58,640 bases of DNA from positions 1-58,640 of the IMG/VR virus record IMGVR_UViG_3300040971_000021. The stretch is one strand, 5' to 3'. This document shows, piece by piece, positions 18,598 through 29,427 of this stretch (the stretch's first letter is position 1; the number at the start of each line of letters is the position of its first letter). The notes beneath the pieces are model-generated. The model was not told the origin of the DNA. It saw only the letters and a program-made list of their open reading frames with translations, and did not search any database. Origin of the DNA: a virus. Taxonomy: Duplodnaviria > Caudoviricetes. The position numbers and the translations under genes were made by a program.

Positions 18598-20085
18598 TTA
18601 ATATCCAGCAGGAAGAAAGCCATACTTCGCCTTAAATTCATCTCTCATATTTGGGTTTTTCTTCAAAGCATCAATGGCCGCTTGTGGCGCTTGTGGTTTA
18701 TCCTGTCCACCAATAGCAAACGACTCTCTAGGGTTATTCTTGTTGTAGGCTATTGGTGTCTTTATCTCTTCCCCATCTATGGTATTGACACTTTCAGTAA
18801 CACCATAGCTGTCTCTTGGTACAACCTGACCGCCAAGGGCTGCAATTCTGTTCTGTTGCCTGGTTATTTCGTCACTGCTCGCACCTCTTCCATAGAGTGA
18901 CGCAAGCCGTTCCTGTTCGATTTTAAGGTTATTGGCATTACTGAAGTTGTCCATTGCCATCTGTCCTTCTTCCTGTAAGTTCGCAGTCTGCGCCTGTCGG
19001 TACTGAAGATCGGAAAGCAACTGCTGGCGTGATATTTCGTTACGGTCATTCTGGCTGGCATAGTCCATGACTTGACCTTGTGATGTGATTGCGGCGCTCC
19101 GTGCTGAATCAATGGCGCCAATGTCTTGACCTCTGGCGGTAAGTCCGTTGCGGCCTGCCTCAAGACCTACCCTGTCTGTTTCGTTATTCATCCGTGATAT
19201 GGCTCGTTGCTCTTTCATATCAGCCACGCGGCTTAACTCTCCAGCCAAGGTATTGGAGTGGGGAGGAGCAACATATGAACTATCACTATGGACATTCATT
19301 TTAGCCATAGCTTCTCTTTCGTACCTAGCCAACCTTTCTAATTGCGCCAGCTTCTCAGGATGCCTCTCTTTCAAGGCACTCTCGGCAAACCGTCCTCTTT
19401 CGTCCAACGACATTGATTTATCAAACTGCACATCAAGATTGCCTAACTGTTGTCGTCCAGTATTCCCTATGATTGACTTTCTTGCTACCTGGCCTACGCT
19501 TTGTTGCTGGCCTGGCCGAGAAATACCTTGTGTGCTTTGTACCTTTCCGCCGTTGTTATTCCAAACTGTTTGACTTGGCTGTGTAGATCCCGTCAACTGT
19601 GTCCTATCCGCCAATGGGGAGTTAGATGCCATATTCCCTCCTGATGTACCGTTGGCACTGTGGCTAGTCCAAAGACCTCCGCTATCACCTGCGGATGGTT
19701 GCAGGCTGGCTATATCTTCCTGTGATAGTACGTTGAATCCTTTTCCGGAAAAGTCAGGTCTTGTCACAGGGTTAAACTTGGGGGGATTAACCCCAATATT
19801 ACCAGGAGCAAAAGAAGAAACACTAGATTTTCTACCCTCAACGCCTCTATTGATGGCTGCACTATTGGCATTCATGTCACCTTTTATGACGTTGGATATT
19901 CCACGAACGCCCATACTTACAGGGTTATATCTGGCAACTGTCCCTAATGCTTGGGCTGGTATTGTCGCCATAGTTCCTACAGCTTGCGCCGCTTTTTCAG
20001 CCACTCCACCCTTCTTCATGCCACCGTTCTTGTAATTCTTCTCATCGTACAGACTGTAAACCGCCATGGTATATTCTCCTTTCAA
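18598..20085 (-). CDS. putative internal virion / DNA ejection protein
   Basis: Q/G/S-rich, LTARGQDI repeat-type motif, C-terminal AIDALKKNP...FKAKYG; adjacent to giant protein. Confidence 0.65.
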   Translation of the reverse strand: MKGEYTMAVYSLYDEKNYKNGGMKKGGVAEKAAQAVGTMATIPAQALGTVARYNPVSMGVRGISNVIKGDMNANSAAINRGVEGRKSSVSSFAPGNIGVNPPKFNPVTRPDFSGKGFNVLSQEDIASLQPSAGDSGGLWTSHSANGTSGGNMASNSPLADRTQLTGSTQPSQTVWNNNGGKVQSTQGISRPGQQQSVGQVARKSIIGNTGRQQLGNLDVQFDKSMSLDERGRFAESALKERHPEKLAQLERLARYEREAMAKMNVHSDSSYVAPPHSNTLAGELSRVADMKEQRAISRMNNETDRVGLEAGRNGLTARGQDIGAIDSARSAAITSQGQVMDYASQNDRNEISRQQLLSDLQYRQAQTANLQEEGQMAMDNFSNANNLKIEQERLASLYGRGASSDEITRQQNRIAALGGQVVPRDSYGVTESVNTIDGEEIKTPIAYNKNNPRESFAIGGQDKPQAPQAAIDALKKNPNMRDEFKAKYGFLPAGY

Positions 20086-21054
20086 TTATTCAAACGCACC
20101 TACGTTCTGTGAAACAACACTATTCAGTGATGATATAGCACTTGCACCTACCGCTGAATATGTTTGCGCAGCCGCAGCTGCCGCCTGTACATTTCCGTTT
20201 ATCTTATCCTGCATAGACCTTAGCCATGTACTTTCATGCTGGACGCTTGCCTGCATTTGGTCGGTCTGTGCTCCAATGACAAGCTGATCTCGTGACAATC
20301 TTGCCCGGTACAGGTCGGAGGTGGCTCCGATCATCTTTGCCTTGGCATCCGTATTGATACTGGCGAGTCTTGCCGCTGAATCTGGCGCCATCATCATTCC
20401 CCTGATATAATCAGAGGCCGCATTCATCGCTTTGAATCGGGAGTCCATGGCTTGAGTTATGGCAAACTTGATTGTATCAATCTTTATCTCTGCTTGCTTA
20501 GTGGCAATAGTGGTTGATGAAATCCCTATTTTACCGGATTGCTCATACCGTGCTTGGTTGAGATCGTGAATCATGCACGGTTGCGCCAGGGAATAACCCT
20601 TTGCCGAGTACCCTGAAACAAGGTTGTTTTCAACTCTCGCCCCTTCCCTGATAAACCTATCCCTCTCTCTCTGCCATAACTGAGACTCAATAGCTTCCGG
20701 GATACCTGTACCGCTATTGGTGATGGTGTTAATCAACCAGTTGGTTGCAGGATCAAAGGCATCTGCTGCTAGAGGGTAGTAAGTGGCAAAGTATCCTGCC
20801 AACTGGTTAGACAGAAGACCAACCAAATTATTAAGTTGTGCGTCATAAGTTAGAAGCGAATCGTCTACGGCTGGAACTACAGGCTCAACTGCGGTAATTA
20901 CCGGAGGAAAGCTCAGATACCCACTACTAATATCCCGGCCTTCACTGAGATCAAACACCCTGTCCGCTGCATCATCGGCCTGCGCCACAAATTCATTGGC
21001 TGTAGCCAGTGCTTGTGTTATTATTTGAGCAGTAAGATCTTGAATTATTCCCAT
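20086..21054 (-). CDS. putative virion protein
   Basis: Ala-rich helical protein in structural operon. Confidence 0.65.
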   Translation of the reverse strand: MGIIQDLTAQIITQALATANEFVAQADDAADRVFDLSEGRDISSGYLSFPPVITAVEPVVPAVDDSLLTYDAQLNNLVGLLSNQLAGYFATYYPLAADAFDPATNWLINTITNSGTGIPEAIESQLWQRERDRFIREGARVENNLVSGYSAKGYSLAQPCMIHDLNQARYEQSGKIGISSTTIATKQAEIKIDTIKFAITQAMDSRFKAMNAASDYIRGMMMAPDSAARLASINTDAKAKMIGATSDLYRARLSRDQLVIGAQTDQMQASVQHESTWLRSMQDKINGNVQAAAAAAQTYSAVGASAISSLNSVVSQNVGAFE

Positions 21055-21077
21055 TTTATCCTCTATAATGTTTTAGG

Positions 21078-22796
21078 TTACGGTTGCACATATTCCGAGT
21101 AAGTTTTAAACACAGGGTTTCCGGTTGTCGGTGGTGGAGAGGGGTAATTGTTCAGCATATTCACATACCCGCCATTTCCGTACAATGTTATATCCCAATT
21201 ACCAGGCTCTATTGTCCCCTTTATCTCTGACAGTATTTTCCATACGTCTGCCTCTGTTCTTCTGTCGATGATGCAAGCGTGGTACTTGGTCACTGCATCA
21301 ACTTCGTCATACAGTTCAGCAACTCCCAGAAGGACAATACGCCCATGTCTTGCGTAAATCGGCCTGACATAGATAAGTTTGTCATCAGGTATAGGGAGAG
21401 ATACAACCCATCCGCTGAATGGCGATCCGCCATGAATTGACACAACCTTATTACCCACATCGTCGCAGACACAAAGGAAATAATCTCCAGAATCATCAGT
21501 TCCAGCGTAGGTAATTATCGGCCTAACTCCTGTCGTCCCCACAGCACTCGGAAGTGACAGTGTGGCTTGCTTTATGGTGTCAGTGTCAAAATGTAGCGCG
21601 CCATATTTTCTAGTCCATGAGTACACGCCACTTGGGCAGTGAAACATTATACCGTCATGCGGTTGCTGGTACTCAGTGGAATAATCTGTTGATATATTCG
21701 GGTATGGGAGAAACTGCCGTACCAACTTAGACGCCTGCAAGTAGTCGAATAATAGGCCTTCTCCTAATGACTCTGTTGATTTACTTACCATCAATTCTTT
21801 AAACACTGTGCTTTTTACAAGTAATGTATTTCCAGTGTCACCGTTAAAAATGAGATAGAACATACTCCACTCAAATTCTGCCTCTATCGCCTCTGCTGCC
21901 GAAAATTGGCTGAGACTTTTCAGCCTTGCTATATCAGTGTTGATTGCTTGGCTACAATCTATTACCTGTACGATATGCAACTCTCCTGATGGAATCCGAG
22001 TATAAGCGTAAGTTCCTAAAATAAAAACCCCCGTAACATCCTGATGAATAGCATTGTAAATAACAGAAGGCATATTACCATTCCATACCTGACCTGAATA
22101 TACGGGCCCACCACTAATAGATCCAGCCTCAATTCCAATGATTGAGAACAGATACCGCTGTGTACTGCCTGTTTGATATCTAGCTCTTCCTGTATATGAT
22201 TTAAGGTATCTGTTTTTTCTCAAACACTGGCTCATAAACCTATGCCATCCATATTGATCGTAAACATAATTAACGAATGATGTGCGTCTCACGTTACTGC
22301 CGTCTGACTCAAACGATGATAGGGCGTGTTCGTCTTGTGATACAAGAGATCCAGCCATGTTGAAACTTGTCCTATATACAATTCCCTCGCTATCGAAGAA
22401 CGGCATAACAGACGGGCTTACGGCTCCATAGGCACTGAACGCATTAGGCAGGGCAGGATATACTGCCGATTCTGCATCTGGCGTGCTTATCGTGGTGTTT
22501 ATAGCTGTGCTTGTCGTCACGGTTGAATTTACATAAAATTCTCGCAGTGGGTTTATCGCTCCAAGCCAATACTCCGCCGAGGCCATGTATATCTTGGTCA
22601 TGGTGGCCTTAATAACGACCAGTCCCATTGGCGCAGTGATCATTATTTTGTTGCAAGCAGCGACTACCTTGATGCGAAACCCGTCACGCACGGTAACATC
22701 CGCAGGAATTATACCGGCCCTCTTGATCTCGGCCAGCATGTTCTTTCCGACCTTTAGCCGCTTCTTGCTCCTTGTGCCGTCGAGAATCAAACTCAT
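21078..22796 (-). CDS. putative tail/virion protein
   Basis: Start moved to ATG 22796 (ATGA overlap with upstream stop). Confidence 0.6.
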   Translation of the reverse strand: MSLILDGTRSKKRLKVGKNMLAEIKRAGIIPADVTVRDGFRIKVVAACNKIMITAPMGLVVIKATMTKIYMASAEYWLGAINPLREFYVNSTVTTSTAINTTISTPDAESAVYPALPNAFSAYGAVSPSVMPFFDSEGIVYRTSFNMAGSLVSQDEHALSSFESDGSNVRRTSFVNYVYDQYGWHRFMSQCLRKNRYLKSYTGRARYQTGSTQRYLFSIIGIEAGSISGGPVYSGQVWNGNMPSVIYNAIHQDVTGVFILGTYAYTRIPSGELHIVQVIDCSQAINTDIARLKSLSQFSAAEAIEAEFEWSMFYLIFNGDTGNTLLVKSTVFKELMVSKSTESLGEGLLFDYLQASKLVRQFLPYPNISTDYSTEYQQPHDGIMFHCPSGVYSWTRKYGALHFDTDTIKQATLSLPSAVGTTGVRPIITYAGTDDSGDYFLCVCDDVGNKVVSIHGGSPFSGWVVSLPIPDDKLIYVRPIYARHGRIVLLGVAELYDEVDAVTKYHACIIDRRTEADVWKILSEIKGTIEPGNWDITLYGNGGYVNMLNNYPSPPPTTGNPVFKTYSEYVQP

Positions 22797-23806
22797 ACTG
22801 TCTCGGTTTGTCCGTTGAAGCTTGTCCAGAATGACGGCGGGACCGACAACTCGTATGGCTGGAATGTCCCATCTGGAGAGGTCAAAACTATCGTGCTGCC
22901 AACCCCTGAGGCTACCAGACAGAAGACGCCAGCGCCATAATCCATGGAAGACCAACTTCCTTCATCGTACCAGTCTGCCCATTGTAATCCGTCGGGGTCG
23001 TTCGATTCTATAAGGGAAATAGCAACATCAGCGTATCCAGATGCGGTTGTGGCGTGAACGGTTGACCCTATGCCTGGGTCAGTTACACACACAACCCCGT
23101 TACCATAAGCAGCTACTGGCGAAGAAGAAATGTAGCTTGATACCCCGTCAGTCAATGTCCATGTTAGCGTGTCAGATGAGTGGACAAATTTATCAAGGCT
23201 TTTATCGTGAAAGACAAACTCTGCGCCGGTGAATAATAGCTCCTGATCGGATGTTGAATACGCGCTTACTCTTGATCTTACAGACCATACGTCACAGTCT
23301 GAAGATACATAGAAATCTACAGGACTATTGCCATGAGAAATCACGAACATGCCATTCCCGTAGGCGGAAAGTGATCCTGATATGTTGTACGTTTCGAGAT
23401 TGGCGGATAGTTGCCAGGTATCCCCGTTATCATTTGAAAACATTACATTCTGATATCCACCAGAGTGGACGAGGATTTTCCCAGCGCCATAACAAATTGA
23501 AGACATTAAGGCCATGGATCTCGGCATTACCTTAACCGTCCAAGACAAGCCACCGTCATCTGACAAGGCTATCTCGTCTGAATATAGGCAGACAACACAG
23601 AAATGCGTCCCAGTGTGAACGATCTTTGGGGTTGTCCTACTGACGTTAGTGAAAGGAATTGGAGAGACTGACACAAAGTCTCTGCCGTTAAGTGACGTTG
23701 CTACGGCATCACCCTTGTCGGCCACAGCCATGAACATACCGCCACCAAACTTATTGGCTCGCCAATCACCAGCAGGCATCCTCGATATACACGATAACAC
23801 TGTCAT
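22793..23806 (-). CDS. beta-propeller (BNR/Asp-box repeat) tail protein
   Basis: Repeated SxDGxxW and YGNG motifs. Confidence 0.7.
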   Translation of the reverse strand: MTVLSCISRMPAGDWRANKFGGGMFMAVADKGDAVATSLNGRDFVSVSPIPFTNVSRTTPKIVHTGTHFCVVCLYSDEIALSDDGGLSWTVKVMPRSMALMSSICYGAGKILVHSGGYQNVMFSNDNGDTWQLSANLETYNISGSLSAYGNGMFVISHGNSPVDFYVSSDCDVWSVRSRVSAYSTSDQELLFTGAEFVFHDKSLDKFVHSSDTLTWTLTDGVSSYISSSPVAAYGNGVVCVTDPGIGSTVHATTASGYADVAISLIESNDPDGLQWADWYDEGSWSSMDYGAGVFCLVASGVGSTIVLTSPDGTFQPYELSVPPSFWTSFNGQTETV

Positions 23807-25506
23807 ACTTTCCTCGATAGTGGAATTGGGTCAAACGTTGTTGTTTCAAGGTCGAAGTAACCACCGTTCTGATTCATAGTGGTAAAGTTCCAGTAATTCC
23901 CCACTAACCTCTTGCCAATATCAGTACGGTGATTCTTTATTTCAGCGCTGGAACTTCTGGCCTCATAGGTGTAAACATGTCCATCTGCATCTACTTTTAA
24001 AAGCATCTTCCCTGTTGAACTCACACCTTGATATAAACACGGAACTTGCTTCTTTCGAGATGTTCCAAGGTCTGAGCGCCCAAAATCAATCAGGGCGTCA
24101 ATATCGTTTCCAGCATCGTCATCCCCAGTAAGTTCATAAATACCATCAAGCGCGGTCCCGTAGTTCTTCCCGGTTAATGGGTCGGTATAAAGAGAGGTGA
24201 ACCCGTATCCGTCGTATTGGCTGCTGGCGTATGTATCCATGTTGACAACCCATGTCCTTGTCGTGTCGTCAAATACCGGGATAGTTCCGATCTGGAGCAA
24301 ACTTATTGAGTCAATGGAGACATCAGATATAGCCTCTATAAGATAAATTGCTGACAGGCTTGATATGCTGCTGATTTCTATCTCACTGATAGCCTCGACA
24401 CTCAGTATTCTGGTAACTCCCCCATAGCTGGAAACTTCAACTGGGCTGATATGAGATATAGAGTGAACGGTTGAAACGGTAGAGATAGAAGATACGTTCA
24501 GGATAGAGATAGCAAATATTTCATGGTCGGCAACTATAGGAACTGACTCCATCTCCACAGCAACAGTAAAAGATGTTCCTACTCCCTGCGATATTGCCAA
24601 TCCTGGTTCGCTGGCAAGGGCATATGAAGTACCTGTTCCCAAGAAATAGGCGTAACCTCCTTCAGCCGACCACATTGCGTAAGATGTTCCTATCCCTTGC
24701 GAGACAATCTGTTGCCCAGCATACGCTGATGACGTTTCATACCCAGATATCACGCAACTGGAAAACTGTACCGAACCAACTGCAATCTCAGAGTCACTTA
24801 CTGCATCGCCACTGGTATATAGATAACCGAACCCATACAGCGTTTCGATGGTTGCAGGGAGAAGGCTACTGTACAGTATTGACTCTGCCCCCGTGATAAC
24901 CATATAGACGACCGTGTTGTCATCCTGTCGGTATATGCGGAAATCAGTGGAAGCTGTATAGGTGTCGCAGAGTTTATTTATCTGTACCCCGTACTCAACG
25001 ACATAAACACCTGTCTGGTCAACTTTCAGACTGTGTGGGAATGCTGCCAGTTCCCGTCCTAATAGTCTGGACGGGCCAAGTGTCAGCACTGCACCCGTAG
25101 CATCGCTGGCTACTGTGTGCCGGATAAAGCTTCCACGAGGTACAGGATCAACACTCTTTGCCCACGTGCTCCAGTTTTGCACGGTAGACACAACAACTGA
25201 AGCGGGTACTGCTGGAACAGCGGCAACGGCATCTGTTGCAGGGATAACCGTCTCAACTGTCACATAGAGGATACACCCCTCTAGTGAAATTGACAGTATC
25301 TCTGGGTACGTAGCCAGTAGCCATGCAACAGGATCAACTTGAGATTCATAAGTGAAAAAAATACCGCCGTAATACGTCCAAGCTGAGTGTAACGAACTTA
25401 GCGCCAGTACCTCTGTTATGGTGTGCTCTGGAACGGCAGCAACAGCCAAGACCTCCGGTGTCCCCGATATGATCGTATAAGAGGTGTTTTTACTTAGAAT
25501 ACTCAT
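23803..25506 (-). CDS. putative tail protein
   Basis: 567 aa, Ser/Ile-rich, coupled to neighbour. Confidence 0.65.
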   Translation of the reverse strand: MSILSKNTSYTIISGTPEVLAVAAVPEHTITEVLALSSLHSAWTYYGGIFFTYESQVDPVAWLLATYPEILSISLEGCILYVTVETVIPATDAVAAVPAVPASVVVSTVQNWSTWAKSVDPVPRGSFIRHTVASDATGAVLTLGPSRLLGRELAAFPHSLKVDQTGVYVVEYGVQINKLCDTYTASTDFRIYRQDDNTVVYMVITGAESILYSSLLPATIETLYGFGYLYTSGDAVSDSEIAVGSVQFSSCVISGYETSSAYAGQQIVSQGIGTSYAMWSAEGGYAYFLGTGTSYALASEPGLAISQGVGTSFTVAVEMESVPIVADHEIFAISILNVSSISTVSTVHSISHISPVEVSSYGGVTRILSVEAISEIEISSISSLSAIYLIEAISDVSIDSISLLQIGTIPVFDDTTRTWVVNMDTYASSQYDGYGFTSLYTDPLTGKNYGTALDGIYELTGDDDAGNDIDALIDFGRSDLGTSRKKQVPCLYQGVSSTGKMLLKVDADGHVYTYEARSSSAEIKNHRTDIGKRLVGNYWNFTTMNQNGGYFDLETTTFDPIPLSRKV

Positions 25507-25510
25507 CTGC

Positions 25511-25912
25511 TTACGCGAGTGCTTCTATGATATCGCCAATGGATATGGCAAGTGGATCCGCGCTGCTTACCGTGCGAGGAACAACCAGTTGCACAAACGT
25601 CAACGGAACTGCTGGGGTAGCAGTGCTCCATATAGACAGATGACTAATCACATACGGCGTGGCGCTGGCTGGTGTATGGGTAACTGCTAAAGTAGAAGCT
25701 ACCTGCATTCCTGAAGCAGCCCCAAAGGTAACATTGATTCCAGTTCCGGTAGTATAGTTGGCGTCATTAGCAGTTAAAACCTCGGCAACTGCACCGGTTA
25801 CGGTTGGGTTTGCGGTATGAAGACGCACTGCCCATGCAGTAGGTCGCAATGCTGTTCCTGCGGTAAATAGCCAATTCAAGACAAGATTGGCTCCATCGGT
25901 TGTATAACTCAT
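25511..25912 (-). CDS. minor tail/virion protein
   Basis: LNWLF...W.V.LHTANPT motif seen in phage minor tail proteins. Confidence 0.65.
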   Translation of the reverse strand: MSYTTDGANLVLNWLFTAGTALRPTAWAVRLHTANPTVTGAVAEVLTANDANYTTGTGINVTFGAASGMQVASTLAVTHTPASATPYVISHLSIWSTATPAVPLTFVQLVVPRTVSSADPLAISIGDIIEALA

Positions 25913-25930
25913 ATCACATGCTCCTTATAT

Positions 25931-26350
25931 TTAAACTACGGCTGGAACGGCCAAAACTGACCCTGCCACGATTAAGACCTTCTCTCCAGCAGCAACTGCT
26001 TTTGGTGCTGTCGTAGCCGTTGCATCCAAAAGCACACCCGTGGTGCTTCCCTGCACCGGATTAGATGTAATGAACGTCCCGTTAATCGTCCCTCCAGCAG
26101 GGAACTCAAACAGCAAACCATCCCCGGCATTAGACCATACACCTTCTGCGAGAGCGTCAGGAGTCAATAGCTTTCTCGCTCCACCTGTGTAACTCGTCAC
26201 CTCTGTGCCATTGGCAAGCAGGGTTGTTAATGTCTCACCGTCAACAGGGGTATAGACTGACGCATAGCACCCTATATACCACGCCGTTATTTGTGTTCCG
26301 CCATAGAATGCGGCGTTGTTCATGTAATCTCTTCCTTGTTTTACCTTCAT
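25931..26350 (-). CDS. minor tail/virion protein
   Basis: WYIG...E.TSYTGGAR motif. Confidence 0.65.
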   Translation of the reverse strand: MKVKQGRDYMNNAAFYGGTQITAWYIGCYASVYTPVDGETLTTLLANGTEVTSYTGGARKLLTPDALAEGVWSNAGDGLLFEFPAGGTINGTFITSNPVQGSTTGVLLDATATTAPKAVAAGEKVLIVAGSVLAVPAVV

Positions 26351-27594
26351 CCAGCCCTCCGAATTGTTTCTGCGTCAATAAAACTTGTTGCCGCCCTTGT
26401 TGACATTGTTGCATCCTTTAAATTAACTACCGCTTGTATGATTCCGTTTGACTCACGGATCATCATTGTCCCTCTGGTTGCCACGTCAGGAGCAACGTTA
26501 TCCTCCTGCACGTTTTTAATCTCTCCACCATTCCCAGCCACAATCAACCCTCTTGTAGAGAACCATGTTACCAGCTTTGAGTTTGGCATCTGCTGGCCTG
26601 TCCCCAATACAGCCCCATAGTCAAGCTTGGTTATCTGCTGAAACGTCTCTATTGTCCCGCCAGCGAGGAAATAAGTCTTCCCTGGTTCTGATCCTGCCAC
26701 AACCCACACGCCATCGACTACAGGCTCAACAACAGTTATATCGTCACCGAAATAGAGCTTGTCCTTGCTCAACTGCGATACTAAATCATTGGAATACGGC
26801 TCAGTGAAATAGAGATATGGCCCAAACGCTATTAACATCCGCCCGTTAAACTCTCGAATGATCTGCCCTACTGGCGGCTTAGTTAGAAATCCTGTCTGCA
26901 ATTCCTTTCCACCATCATAATCTAACAGTATGGTGGTAGTTGAAACGCCATTGGCAACTTCAGCGCATTGATACAACACGTTACCATTGGCAGTTGATAG
27001 GTAAATCCGTGTCGCTACTACCTGGCTGTCTTGCGGCGATGGCAAATTAATAAAGACAAAGCTGGAGTTGTCGCTGGCAGTTATCCTTGATATGTCACTG
27101 GCCCCTGATTCGTTTCCAAGCGCGTCAACATAAGTGAGAGCGCACATATACAACCCTGCACCGAATATCCCTGTACCTGTGTACACCACTGGAGCAGGAG
27201 GATTATTCATTCCCCAACCTGTAACAGCGCCATCGGTTATCTTTGCAGTCTTTGTCCCATCGCTGAAGAACACAGAACCATTAAACTCATGGAATGCAAA
27301 CGTGTCTCCAGTAATTCCACGCATAAGCGCTGTCCCTGTCCATGTAGATGTGTCAATTCTCTTCAGGATGCCAAGCTCAACAGCAAAGTTTCCCAATGAG
27401 CAACTAAATCCATCCTTCATGGCAATGGAGGAATACCGCTTAACCATTCCTTCCCGCAGTCGCCATTTTCCTGCATTATCAATATCGGCGTTCACCGCAT
27501 TACGAACTGCTGCCCTCGGGTCTTCCTTACTTCCTTTCGGCAGGGCGTGGTCAGCGGCAAGGTTGTTCATGCCTTTGAATGGGCCAAGTTTCAT
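26347..27594 (-). CDS. tail nozzle / tubular protein B-like
   Basis: F.GMNN...A.NADID..G....R.G N-terminus; position after adaptor. Confidence 0.6.
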   Translation of the reverse strand: MKLGPFKGMNNLAADHALPKGSKEDPRAAVRNAVNADIDNAGKWRLREGMVKRYSSIAMKDGFSCSLGNFAVELGILKRIDTSTWTGTALMRGITGDTFAFHEFNGSVFFSDGTKTAKITDGAVTGWGMNNPPAPVVYTGTGIFGAGLYMCALTYVDALGNESGASDISRITASDNSSFVFINLPSPQDSQVVATRIYLSTANGNVLYQCAEVANGVSTTTILLDYDGGKELQTGFLTKPPVGQIIREFNGRMLIAFGPYLYFTEPYSNDLVSQLSKDKLYFGDDITVVEPVVDGVWVVAGSEPGKTYFLAGGTIETFQQITKLDYGAVLGTGQQMPNSKLVTWFSTRGLIVAGNGGEIKNVQEDNVAPDVATRGTMMIRESNGIIQAVVNLKDATMSTRAATSFIDAETIRRAG

Positions 27595-28290
27595 CTACCA
27601 CACCTTATTATGATGAGGACGGTTAGCCCTTTGACTTCTGAGCCTGTCAACGTCTGGCCTCTTCCCAAAATAATTGTCAAACTTCTTTTCGTATAATGCC
27701 GCCAAAACCGGATCTGCAAAATCAGGATTGGGCTTGCTCAACACGCCTTTATGAACCCACAATGCAAGATACCGATGATGGGCCGTGGCAATCTCTGGGG
27801 ACTCAATTAACGGGTATGGTGCCGGAGTAGGAACAGGGTCAACCGGCAAAAACATAGCCGTCAATGGAGTTCTCTGCACTTCCATCTTGAGGGTGTAGTC
27901 AACAAGTGGTGGAGGTGACAGTTGAAGGCTTGATTCGTCAACGATGATATAAGCCGGTTCTCCAGTTGTCTCTCTCCATGTAGAATCGTCATTGTCTAAC
28001 TGGTCGCGTGTGACATTGCTGAGATAGGTTATAACCCCGTCAGCATCCTCAAGATAAGCAGTAAGCACCGCCACAATTGAACTATGCAATGGATAGGTGG
28101 CCGATGCGTCGGTCACAGCTATCTCGCAAATATCGGCAGTCGTAGCGTCAAATATCAATACCTTGCGGCGACATGCTTCATATTCCGCATCATTGAAGAG
28201 ACTGACTACTTCGAGGTCAGACGCCCGCAGTGGAACAACCGTGTCGGACGATTCAAAGCGGTACTGTGCCAGCAACTCGACAATATTCAT
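27595..28290 (-). CDS. head-tail adaptor / tail tubular protein A-like
   Basis: FNDAEYEACRR, L.L.P.P and PEI...HH..L..W motifs. Confidence 0.65.
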   Translation of the reverse strand: MNIVELLAQYRFESSDTVVPLRASDLEVVSLFNDAEYEACRRKVLIFDATTADICEIAVTDASATYPLHSSIVAVLTAYLEDADGVITYLSNVTRDQLDNDDSTWRETTGEPAYIIVDESSLQLSPPPLVDYTLKMEVQRTPLTAMFLPVDPVPTPAPYPLIESPEIATAHHRYLALWVHKGVLSKPNPDFADPVLAALYEKKFDNYFGKRPDVDRLRSQRANRPHHNKVW

Positions 28291-28293
28291 TGA

Positions 28294-28833
28294 TTACATA
28301 CCAGGTAGGCCGTATTGGTCGATCAGTTGGATAGCCGCTTCCTGAACCTTTTGAACGGGTGCGTTCTTTGGTAAGTCTATAGCAAGGCCATTAAAATTAT
28401 CAGCAATATACTTTCGCACTGCTATTCCTTTTGTCATTTCGTAGATTGAATTTCTGATATTGTGCAACTCTTCTTGTTTTTCGTCGTCGTTATCGGAATG
28501 TTCAACACGATCAATAACTCCCGTACCTTCGCCATTAATATAAACGCTTGGATGAGAAAGCATCTTAGTTGCGGTAACAACTGGAATCATCTTCTCTTGA
28601 TCTTTTTTCCATATTCCTGTTTCAAACATTCCGTCCGAATATTCTGGCCGTCTTCCCACATACTTAACCGCTGTACGTTCTGGGTCAACTGCCTCTGGCT
28701 CTGGAATCTCCTTGATAACTTCCATTACAGAAGCCAGCATTTGTTCATCAATGTCCTTGTCACTTGCGTAAGTGTCAAGACAAAGAACGATCGCCGCTTT
28801 GAATTGCTCCTTTTGTTCTTTTGTAATTTCCAT
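28294..28833 (-). CDS. hypothetical protein of head module
   Basis: VKYVGRRPEYSD motif; position. Confidence 0.6.
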   Translation of the reverse strand: MEITKEQKEQFKAAIVLCLDTYASDKDIDEQMLASVMEVIKEIPEPEAVDPERTAVKYVGRRPEYSDGMFETGIWKKDQEKMIPVVTATKMLSHPSVYINGEGTGVIDRVEHSDNDDEKQEELHNIRNSIYEMTKGIAVRKYIADNFNGLAIDLPKNAPVQKVQEAAIQLIDQYGLPGM

Positions 28834-28885
28834 GTTTCACCAGTTAACCGGCCAGGAGGTTTAGTCCTGGCCGGTTGGGTTGAGA

Positions 28886-29374
28886 TTATGCAGGCCCGTC
28901 GTAAATGCCGTCGATGTAAATATCGATAACGCACGCAGCATCAAAAGCAGCAGTGTTATTCAGATATGTCAGGTATGCGTCCTTTGGCAATCGGACAGGG
29001 GCGTTTGTCAGTGTGCATCGAGTTCTTGCCGCACTAGAGGTGGCTGAATCGTCAAAGAAATAGTTAGCATCCTGTGGGACAGCCGTTACATCGACTCCAT
29101 CAACGTAGGCAAACCCAATGTCAGCGGTACATGCTGCTGTAGTTGGATCACTGATGATCATAAAGGCATCATGCAGTTCAAAGCCAGCCGGGATAACACC
29201 AAGCTGAATGACATCCGTTGCAGCAATGGCAGTTGTCTTGGTGCTGTTGGTAACAATCCCGCTGGCATTGGCGGTCAGGTTGTAGTGCAGCCGTGTCAAA
29301 TTACCGTCAGGGCTTGCGCCGATATGCGCCCCGACCGGATTGTTTCGGGCATTTTTTAGTGCGTAAGTAGTCAT
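28886..29374 (-). CDS. capsid decoration / cement protein
   Basis: Follows major capsid gene; D.IQLG.IPAG motif. Confidence 0.6.
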   Translation of the reverse strand: MTTYALKNARNNPVGAHIGASPDGNLTRLHYNLTANASGIVTNSTKTTAIAATDVIQLGVIPAGFELHDAFMIISDPTTAACTADIGFAYVDGVDVTAVPQDANYFFDDSATSSAARTRCTLTNAPVRLPKDAYLTYLNNTAAFDAACVIDIYIDGIYDGPA

Positions 29375-29427
29375 GTTTTGCTCCTTAAAGTTAAGTTGCT
29401 TCCTCCCCGAAGAGAGGAAGCGGTTTA

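Noticed and set aside
22797-22955. Longer start for the 21078 gene
   Set aside because: Overlaps the upstream gene by about 160 bp; ATG 22796 gives typical ATGA coupling
28845-29422. Hairpins after the capsid and decoration genes as terminators
   Set aside because: Strong stems but no U tract on the minus strand; more likely mRNA stability hairpins, and ordinary for phages
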